A stretch of DNA of 64,000 bases from Alphaproteobacteria bacterium. Lineage in GTDB: Bacteria; Pseudomonadota; Alphaproteobacteria; Sphingomonadales; JAKSBY01. This document shows, one piece after another, positions 29,973 through 37,222 of this stretch. How positions within the stretch are numbered: position 1 is the stretch's first letter; each line of letters opens with the position of its first letter. Location: contig JAJFIV010000008.1 of assembly GCA_021774625.1 (NCBI GenBank), positions 295,045 to 359,044 on the forward strand, written 5' to 3'. Both the position numbers and the translations under genes were made by a program. The notes under the pieces were generated by a model that saw only the letters and a list, made by a program, of their open reading frames with translations, searched no databases and was not told the DNA's origin.

Positions 29973-31481
29973 ATGTCGGATAACATCGGGGCCGGTGGCG
30001 TCAAAATAAAAAGCAAATACCAGAAGCATCTGGCGGCTGTTTTAAATGCCGATCATCCGTCCGGTATTAACTCCTTCGGGTTGATCAACAGCGGGCTCGC
30101 GCTTGTCTTTGTTATCCTTTCGGGAGTCTTCGCCTGGATTGTCTTTGGCGATAGTCCAAACAGTATTTTTATTATCCTCGCCGCCACCATCGGTGCCTAT
30201 ATGGCAATTAATATCGGCGCCAATGATGTGGCCAACAATATCGGGCCGGCCTTTGGGTCCAAGGCGCTGACGATGGCCAGCGCCTTGGTCATTGCCGCAA
30301 TCTTTGAAACCAGCGGCGCACTGCTGGCAGGCGGCGACGTTGTCTCCACCATTGCAAAAGGAGTTATCAGCCCCGAATCGCTTGAAGGCGGCCATATCTT
30401 CCTCTGGGCGATGACTGCGGCTTTGCTTTCTGCGGCCCTCTGGATCAATATCGCGACCTGGGCCGGCGCACCGGTTTCAACCACTCATTCCATTGTCGGC
30501 GGGGTGATGGGCGCCGGTATAGGGGCTGCCGGCCTCACCTCGGTTCACTGGGGGACGATGGCGCAGATTGCGGCAAGCTGGGTGATTTCGCCGGTTATGG
30601 GCGGACTTGTCGCAGCCCTGTTTCTTACCTTTATCAAAAACAATATTCTGCGTCAGCCCGACAGGATCAAGGCGGCCCGGCACTGGGTTCCTGTTCTGAT
30701 CGGCATCATGGCCGCGGCTTTTGCCATGTACCTTTCCATCAAGGGATTGAAGAAAATCTGGAATCCGGAAATCTGGCAGATGTGGGCGTTCACCCTGACC
30801 GCCTTTGTTGCCGGGTATTTCCTGAGCAAACCGGCGGTTGAGCGTAAGGCCCAGGGCCTGGAAAACCGCAAAAAAGCCGTCAATACGCTCTTCACCCTGC
30901 CGTTGATTGCCTCCGCTGCTCTGCTTTCTTTTGCCCATGGCGCCAATGATGTGGCCAATGCCGTGGGGCCGCTTTCCGCCATTGTCAGCGTCGTCACCGG
31001 CGGCGCCGTTGGAAGCAAGGTCAGTATTCCGCTCTGGGTGATGGTGATCGGGGCGCTGGGTATTTCGGTGGGCCTTCTGTTATTCGGGCCGAAACTGATC
31101 CGCACGGTCGGCCAGAAAATCACCCGCCTGGATCAGATACGGGCCTTTTGTGTCGCGCTGTCAGCCGCCATTACCGTGATCGCCGCTTCCTGGCTCGCCA
31201 TGCCGGTGTCCTCGACCCATATCGCGGTTGGCGGTGTCTTCGGCGTTGGATTTTTGCGGGAAGCTGTTGCGAACCGGCAGCGAAAGCGCATGCTGGCCAT
31301 TCTGAATGAGCGGCAGCGTGAACTGCCGCTGGATTATCCCGACGAACTGGTTATGGGTAAACGCCGTCTGGTGCGCCGCCGGGCGCTGACAACCATTGTT
31401 GCCGCATGGCTTATCACCGTCCCCTGCACGGCTGCCCTGGCGGCGGTGTTTTTCCTGCTGCTGAACGGAATGATCGGATAA
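29973..31481 (+). CDS. Inorganic phosphate transporter (PiT family)
   Basis: Two GANDVAN and two PVS(T/S)TH motifs. Confidence 0.92.
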   Translation: MSDNIGAGGVKIKSKYQKHLAAVLNADHPSGINSFGLINSGLALVFVILSGVFAWIVFGDSPNSIFIILAATIGAYMAINIGANDVANNIGPAFGSKALTMASALVIAAIFETSGALLAGGDVVSTIAKGVISPESLEGGHIFLWAMTAALLSAALWINIATWAGAPVSTTHSIVGGVMGAGIGAAGLTSVHWGTMAQIAASWVISPVMGGLVAALFLTFIKNNILRQPDRIKAARHWVPVLIGIMAAAFAMYLSIKGLKKIWNPEIWQMWAFTLTAFVAGYFLSKPAVERKAQGLENRKKAVNTLFTLPLIASAALLSFAHGANDVANAVGPLSAIVSVVTGGAVGSKVSIPLWVMVIGALGISVGLLLFGPKLIRTVGQKITRLDQIRAFCVALSAAITVIAASWLAMPVSSTHIAVGGVFGVGFLREAVANRQRKRMLAILNERQRELPLDYPDELVMGKRRLVRRRALTTIVAAWLITVPCTAALAAVFFLLLNGMIG

Positions 31482-31572
31482 AACCGGCCATGAAAAAACA
31501 ATCATTTCAACGATCTTCATCTTTTTTATTAGCTTAATTTCATAAGCCATTGTATTTGAAGAGGATAAAACA

Positions 31573-31953
31573 ATGAAATATTTAAATTCCGACGCGCATA
31601 AAGCGGCTAACCTGCCGTTTTCCGAAGCCGTGCAGGTTGGCAATATGCTCTATCTTTCCGGCCAGATCGGGATGGATTACGGCACGCAGAAACTGGCCCC
31701 CGGCGGCATCGGCCCGGAAACCCGCCAGACCATGCAGAATATCAAAGGCACGCTGGAACGTTTCGGCGGTTCCATGGACCGCATCGTAAAATGCACGATC
31801 TTTCTGGCGGATATGGATGAGTGGACTGCGATGAACGCAGAATATGTGAAATTCTTCGAAAAACCCTACCCTGCCCGCTCCGCCTTCGGGACAAGCGGCC
31901 TCGCCCTTGGCGCTCGCGTGGAGATAGAGTGCTTTGCAGCGCTTGAAAACTAG
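31573..31953 (+). CDS. RidA/YjgF family protein
   Basis: PFS.AV..G..LYLSGQ, PARS, VEIE. Confidence 0.92.
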   Translation: MKYLNSDAHKAANLPFSEAVQVGNMLYLSGQIGMDYGTQKLAPGGIGPETRQTMQNIKGTLERFGGSMDRIVKCTIFLADMDEWTAMNAEYVKFFEKPYPARSAFGTSGLALGARVEIECFAALEN

Positions 31954-31955
31954 GC

Positions 31956-32797
31956 TCAGGACCCATTCGCAACTTGCGCCGTATCCACGGCCAGTATCCG
32001 TACCAAATCATCGATTGTATACGGTTTCTGGATCTCTGGCGCGTCGGGATAGGATTCCCGAAGATGAGCATTATCGCCATAGCCGGTTGTCAAGGCAAAC
32101 GGTACCCCCGTACTTGCCAACAGTTTTGCAACAGGTTCGCTTGTCTCCGCTCCCAGGTTGATATCCAGCAGCGCAAAATCCGGGGCGTTTTCCTGAATCG
32201 ATGCGATTGCTCTGGCCACATTACTCGCCAGCCGGACAGATTCGATTCCAATCTCCTTGAGGCACGCCTCCGTTTCCATGGCGATGATCATATTATCTTC
32301 CAAAACGAGAACGGATCGAATGTGCTCCTTTTTCATCTCCGGCGGTTGATCCGTCATGTCGGTGGCCTCACCCGGCCCCTGAGCCCTATCAATGAATTTT
32401 CCCGGTATCACAAACAAAGCCTTCACGCCTGAGATGTCATAGCTGACTTCGGCCTTTCCCTCCAGTTCATAAGGAACCGAGCGTTCGATGATAGTACTGC
32501 CGAAACCCCGCCTCACTGGGGGCTTAACCGGTGGTCCACCCTCTTCTTGCCAGGACAAGGAGAGTTCACCATCAGACGTCTCTCCTATAAGGATGACAAT
32601 CCGCCCTCCACTGCTCCGCAGCTCCAGGCAGATTGGCCTTCACAAAAGGAAGCTTTAATGGTTACATAATAGGTGGCTGCGTCATCGGGGGCAGGTCACG
32701 ATACCTACGCCCCAAACGATTGAATCCGCCCGGGCGTATGGATCGGCTCCCGGTCGCAATTGGTAAGATCGACTGTGTTCATCTCCCCGTCCCCCAT
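31956..32797 (-). pseudogene. bphP: Internally deleted bacteriophytochrome (HWE-kinase/receiver type)
   Basis: My translation of 32782-32705 gives MNTVDLTNCDREPIHTPGRIQSFGA*, with the bilin-binding Cys. After about 80 bp of unrelated DNA come the HWE kinase end (SGGRI...LSWQEEGGPPV.PP.RRGFGS) and a complete receiver domain. Confidence 0.88.
32672..32698 (-). mobile_element. IS3-family (IS407-like) terminal inverted repeat remnant
   Basis: Minus strand TGACCTGCCCCC...GCCACC at the bphP breakpoint; resemblance recalled, not searched. Confidence 0.5.
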
Positions 32798-32802
32798 ATT
32801 TC

Positions 32803-33363
32803 TCACCGATCCATCGATGACACCAGTTGTGCCTGCGCCTCATGATATGCGCACTCAAACATCCCAAATGCCAAAACTGCACCCTTCACGATGTCATCTA
32901 AAAGAGATGCATCAGAGTCGTCATTCCCTATTTTTTTGCTGAATGCCCGCCAATACCGTCTCATACAATCGCTGGATAAGTAAGCGCCTGCTTTCAAAAC
33001 CACCGGGTCATCTGATTTCCGCCATCGTGTGCGGAGCACGGCACTGCCAAAATGACTGCCGGCGATCACATAGACCATTCCGGCCGGATTTGCACCCGCC
33101 GGAACAGACAATGGCGTAACGGAGGTAACAGCAACGCCCAATGCCCTCAAGTCTTTTTGTGCCAGAGCAGATAGGTCAGGAGGGAAATCTTTCCAAGAAC
33201 CGGCCCTCACAATAGCCTCCTCCATTGGCTTTAAGGCCATATGATGGGCCAGAAGAAAATGCGCCAAATCTTCGCGCCGGGATAGCCGGAGCCGGCTGTA
33301 GAGCCCGTCGATGCGATCATGGCATACTTGCGTTCGCTTTTTCAGAACTCCTCTCAAATCCAT
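32803..33363 (-). CDS. bphO: Biliverdin-producing heme oxygenase
   Basis: LKKRT...H proximal His, GMVYVIAGS.FG; directly upstream of the bphP remnant. Confidence 0.8.
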   Translation of the reverse strand: MDLRGVLKKRTQVCHDRIDGLYSRLRLSRREDLAHFLLAHHMALKPMEEAIVRAGSWKDFPPDLSALAQKDLRALGVAVTSVTPLSVPAGANPAGMVYVIAGSHFGSAVLRTRWRKSDDPVVLKAGAYLSSDCMRRYWRAFSKKIGNDDSDASLLDDIVKGAVLAFGMFECAYHEAQAQLVSSMDR

Positions 33364-33520
33364 ACATCGCGATAAGATATTTTAAGGCATTGGACAAACA
33401 ATTTCTTTTGGTGGGCCGACAATACCTGACTTGTTCATTTTTTTGATTGCCCGTTGCTCTGGCAGCGGATTTTTCTTGCCCAAATGCTGCGGGCGCATTA
33501 GGTAAAGTTCGTCATCATCC

Positions 33521-33596
33521 GGGGCCGTAGCTCAGTTGGGAGAGCGCTACGTTCGCAACGTAGAGGTCAGGGGTTCGATTCCCCTCGGCTCCACCA
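33521..33596 (+). tRNA. tRNA-Ala(CGC)
   Basis: 76-nt cloverleaf GGGGCCG...CGGCTCC-ACCA, G3:U70 pair, anticodon loop TT-CGC-AA, GTTCGA T-loop. Confidence 0.97.
33585..33596 (+). repeat. attL core (tRNA 3' end)
   Basis: TCGGCTCCACCA, repeated at 53055-53066. Confidence 0.8.
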
Positions 33597-33639
33597 TCTT
33601 ACCCCTTGAAATTGCTGGTATTTCTATCTCTATGACCTG

Positions 33640-33933
33640 GCTCGCAATAAGCCAGGGAGGCCGTTTTGCAATGGATTTGCAATGGAATGTTGCAAAAAGG
33701 TTCCGGTCTGTTCTCTTATTGAGCTCCCGGAGGTAGGCATCCGTGGCGTCCGCCGCGTCCTTGAGATAGACCGGATCGAACTCGCCATAGGAGCGTGAGG
33801 TGGTCCGGCTTTCCTCCTGATCCGCATGGCCGAGCCACAGGGACCGCTGCGATCCCGGCACCTTCGCCATCCGCATCACCGTGCTCGCGGCATGCGGAAC
33901 GACTATAATCACATCAGACCCCATTCTGCGCAC
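33640..33933 (-). pseudogene. Tyrosine integrase C-terminal remnant
   Basis: HAASTVMR..VP....WLGH.....TT..Y pattern; S-F-R-H box recoverable only with a frameshift; N-terminus absent; boundaries approximate. Confidence 0.65.
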
Positions 33934-33964
33934 GGCGGCAGAACACCAGCGGAAATTGCCGCAA

Positions 33965-33995
33965 AATCAGATAAGGGGTTAACCCTTATCTGATT
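33965..33995. repeat. Near-perfect 31-bp palindrome
   Basis: AATCAGATAAGGG-GTTAA-CCCTTATCTGATT. Confidence 0.85.
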
Positions 33996-34112
33996 GCACC
34001 AATCGCCCAAATCGGGCATCAAACCAAGGAAAGGACTCTACTTTCAGGTGGATGAAAGTTGGGGCTCAGGTCAGACAGTATATAATTTATGGTAAACAGA
34101 AATTAAGGGGAC

Positions 34113-34150
34113 GTCATCAAATTGCGTCAAACTAATCAGAAAAGACTCTA
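34113..34150. repeat. 38-bp dispersed repeat, copy 1 (IS/MITE-end-like)
   Basis: GTCATCAAATTGCGTCAAACTAATCAGAAAAGACTCTA, 37/38 identical to 61932-61969. Confidence 0.88.
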
Positions 34151-34381
34151 GTTGGACAAAACAGAGTGATTGCATAAAAGAGTGTTTTCGAGTTCAGGAG
34201 GGTGGAACGGCCGAGACTCCAGCTAAAAAACCGGTTCACGTAGTCCTGCCGATGGGGTCCAATCACTTCCTCATCGTCCGTCTCCTCAAGACGGACGGCT
34301 CTCATATCAACTGCGAGACCCTATGGGGAGCCGGTCACGAAGAACCGCCGCTTCTGTTTTATACCAACGCTTCGCTCGAAT

Positions 34382-35278
34382 TCAGGCCGCCGACTTACGA
34401 CGCCGCGCAAAGCCAAGACCCGCGAGGCCGAAGCCCAAAAGCGCCAGCGTGCCGGGTTCGGGGACGGACACGAAGGGAAGAAAGACAACACCTCCAACAC
34501 CCTCAGGACCGGTAACATCAAGACCACCGCTCAAACCCTTGCTGCCGGCCAGAATGCCCGTGCACGTGCCGCCGAGGGTGTTTTGATCCAGCGTCACCGC
34601 AGCAGTATCCGCCAGGGCCCTGCCGCAAATATCCGTCGCATTGGTGTTCATGGTGATGCTGGTGAGCGCGAGAATATTGCCCAGGAATGTCGTGCCCACC
34701 TCAATGGTCGCGGAGCTGCGGACATTCCAGAACAGGCCGGCGCCCGAACCGGTACCGATCACGTTCACGACCGAGTTGGTCGAGGTGATCAGCGAGCTCT
34801 CCATCTGAAACACCCAGGCCGCGTTGGCGTCGCCCCCGCCGTCGAGGGTGAGCGTTCCCGACAAATTGGTGGTCCCCGCCTTAACCGTATAGACGCCTGG
34901 CAAGAGTGTGAGCCCGGTCAGGTCCGGATTTACCAGGGTAATGCCCGGCCCCAGAGAATCAAGATTGTCCCGCGCGGTGGTGAGTTGGCTCTGGGCCAAC
35001 GCGGCATCCGCCGTCGTCGCGTGTACCAACCCCGAAGTCACCTGCGGGTCCGCAACCGCGACGCCTGGTGAGGAGTTGAAGCCCGTGATTGAAACACCCG
35101 GTGAAACACCGACATTGCCGATGATCGCGCTCGTGGGAATATTGGTCACCGTTGAGGCGCCCAGAACCGTGAAACTCTCGAGCTCCGGACCCAGAATCGG
35201 CGTGGCTGATGCGGGCGCGGCGCAAGCGAGGGCGGCGCACAAGGGGAATGCCAATCCGGCGACTGTGAAGTGTGACAT
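34382..35278 (-). CDS. Ice-binding family (DUF3494) protein with PEP-CTERM sorting signal
   Basis: Signal peptide; F.VLGASTVTN...GNVGVSPG.SITG, L.PGVY, LTLDG.GD.NA.WVFQ, FWNV.SSAT....F.GNILA.TSIT, GRALA; C-terminal VPEPGTLALLGFGLAGLGFARRRK. Confidence 0.9.
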   Translation of the reverse strand: MSHFTVAGLAFPLCAALACAAPASATPILGPELESFTVLGASTVTNIPTSAIIGNVGVSPGVSITGFNSSPGVAVADPQVTSGLVHATTADAALAQSQLTTARDNLDSLGPGITLVNPDLTGLTLLPGVYTVKAGTTNLSGTLTLDGGGDANAAWVFQMESSLITSTNSVVNVIGTGSGAGLFWNVRSSATIEVGTTFLGNILALTSITMNTNATDICGRALADTAAVTLDQNTLGGTCTGILAGSKGLSGGLDVTGPEGVGGVVFLPFVSVPEPGTLALLGFGLAGLGFARRRKSAA

Positions 35279-35337
35279 TAGTCTCTCTCCTGTTATGCTG
35301 AATTCTCATTGAATCGCAGCTTATCTGATCAAACCCT

Positions 35338-35353
35338 TGCAAGAATCACGCCA
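35338..35353 (-). promoter_or_regulatory. sigma54 promoter of the PEP-CTERM gene
   Basis: Minus strand TGGCGT-GATTC-TTGCA (GG-N10-GC). Confidence 0.75.
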
Positions 35354-35416
35354 ACTTTTATGTTTGAACAATTCCAATGCCTTAGCGTTGTGGTTAGCGC
35401 TGCCACAAGTTCCGAT

Positions 35417-35433
35417 TGTAAAGAATTCCGACA
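35417..35433. promoter_or_regulatory. PEP-CTERM box (PrsR-type enhancer)
   Basis: TGTAAAGAATTCCGACA (TGT-N11-ACA); a weaker second site ends at 35483 (...CCGACA). Confidence 0.7.
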
Positions 35434-35638
35434 CTTTTCCGGCGATTTCAGGCTTTCGGACGAAAAGTTGAAATCTACCGACACCGGCGCGGTTCGCGGT
35501 TAACCGTGGCGGTGTTGAAGCATTTACCGGTTTTACCATCGTCGGCAGGCCGACCGGAAGAAACGGCCGGAAAACACTCTCTTATGCAATCACCCTGTTT
35601 TGTCCAGCTGGTTCTGACGGGGTACAATCCCTGCCGAC

Positions 35639-36187
35639 TTACAATTGTCCAAAAACACGTTCAATTCCTGCGGATCGATCTTGTCTCGCCATTGGCTGAT
35701 CAATTGATTCTATCCTTATGTGATCTGGAGCCGGCGTTAAATTTTCTCTCGCTTGGGTCAACTTCGCACGAACTGATCCCACGCTAGATGCCATGATTGT
35801 AGCGATATCGTCGTAAGAAAACTCCCCCATAGTCACGAGAAGCAAACAACACCGTTGATCAAAGGGAAGAGCCTGCAGCGCGGCGATTAGAGTGTCTTCA
35901 CCACTCAGAGAGTTAGCCCGCGCATCATTATCACTTCCGCCAGCCGACTCTGCCAGGGTTTTAAAACGAACCGATTTGACTCGGCGATCTTCCAAAAGCG
36001 CCTGAAGATTTGCAAATACCTCCCGGCGGTGAGAAGTTTCCTCTTCCCGCTGTTTGATTTGCGCCAATGTCCGCAAAAGTGCTTCCCTGACAAGCTCGTC
36101 AGCCTCGTTTGGTGCGCAAATAACTGAATGCGCGTACTGACGCAAATGCGGTATCGCAGTAATCAAAGCATTCTTATAAGCTGACAC
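35639..36187 (-). CDS. Degenerate ECF sigma factor (EcfG-like or PhyR sigma-like domain)
   Basis: IPHLRQYA.S......ADELV.E.LLR region 2; LP.DQR..LLLV....FSY.DIA.I....G.VR..L..AR region 4; GTG start with SD GGAGG. Confidence 0.7.
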   Translation of the reverse strand: MSAYKNALITAIPHLRQYAHSVICAPNEADELVREALLRTLAQIKQREEETSHRREVFANLQALLEDRRVKSVRFKTLAESAGGSDNDARANSLSGEDTLIAALQALPFDQRCCLLLVTMGEFSYDDIATIMASSVGSVRAKLTQARENLTPAPDHIRIESIDQPMARQDRSAGIERVFGQL

Positions 36188-36382
36188 GATCTTTCCTCCC
36201 AATCTGCCCAGAAGTGAGCCGCCGAACCACATAAGGGAAGCACACATCAACGCCCCTCACATTAACTCAAGTGAATCGCCGCCATCACGACGATAATATC
36301 GGAGGAGACATACACCACAGGATACAAAACATATGGGATGTCCCGCCGCAAAGCGATCGACCGGATCCCCCGCCCGGCGGGA

Positions 36383-36616
36383 TCAGCGGCGACGGACGAG
36401 GATGAGCCAGCCGGCGGCGGAGACAAGGATGGTCCCGGCCATCGCCCAAGCCCCGAGTAGCCAGGAGGTGGACATGGCAAGCCCTGCGGGGACCCCGGCC
36501 GCGGCGCCGAGGAAGCCGGCCAGAAAACCGAAAAGGGCGATTTCCCAAGGCGTCAGGCGTGCGATGAGCGCCACATCATCGTCGTTCGCGCGTTCGACAC
36601 AGTCGTCTCGTATCAT
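36383..36616 (-). CDS. Small two-TM membrane protein
   Basis: Two hydrophobic segments followed by an RRR terminus. Confidence 0.45.
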   Translation of the reverse strand: MIRDDCVERANDDDVALIARLTPWEIALFGFLAGFLGAAAGVPAGLAMSTSWLLGAWAMAGTILVSAAGWLILVRRR

Positions 36617-36809
36617 ATAAAATTCCTGAGATATGTCCTCATCGGGACGGCATTTCAGACCATCCGCACTGGTCTTCCTGATTTGCATAAACAGCGTCGA
36701 AGCCTCCTGTATTCCGGTAGAAGGCGGAGCCGCCGGATCGGGAGATCCGTCAATCCGCCCCTGAAAATTCTCTTTGAAATAAATTAAAAATATCGAATAT
36801 CAGTATAAA

Positions 36810-36998
36810 TTAATTGACATGCATATTCCCTATAGAATCTAAAAGACCAAATGTCCGAAGAAGCCACAATATAACTGCAATAACAACAACGATATTCAGG
36901 ATATTCTTTATCTTTCGGTCCATGGGAATGTATGTATTGATTACCCATAGCAGAACGCCAACGACAATTAATACAATCACTATATTGAGCAATGACAT
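36810..36998 (-). CDS. Small membrane protein (Thivi_2564-like)
   Basis: LIVVGVLLWVINTYIPMD.KIK.ILN.VVVI.V.LWLL..FG. Confidence 0.8.
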   Translation of the reverse strand: MSLLNIVIVLIVVGVLLWVINTYIPMDRKIKNILNIVVVIAVILWLLRTFGLLDSIGNMHVN

Positions 36999-37070
36999 TG
37001 ACCGCTGTCCCGTTCATTCCATGTATTAATAAAAAACGAGATTACCGTCCCGGGGCCGGCGGCAAAAGGT

Positions 37071-37092
37071 TCGGAATCTACGCAAGGCGTTG
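37071..37092 (-). promoter_or_regulatory. Shared 22-bp putative activator site, copy 1
   Basis: TCGGAATCTACGCAAGGCGTTG (+ strand), 18/22 identical to 43138-43159; 26 bp upstream of a -10-like TAATCT. Confidence 0.6.
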
Positions 37093-37222
37093 TCGAAAGA
37101 AAGAGCCTTAGATTTCAATACATTGAATGTCCCCCGGGGGACGGAACCGGGAATGACGCGGGTATTGGAGCATCCTCTGGGATCGCCGAGCCTTGGTATG
37201 AGTCGCGGCCGAACGCTCAGAT

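Noticed and set aside
33536-33736. 66-aa ORF overlapping the tRNA
   Set aside because: It is a translation of tRNA sequence.
34190-34380. Possible transposase or gene fragments downstream of the ice-binding gene
   Set aside because: No convincing motif in the frames I translated.
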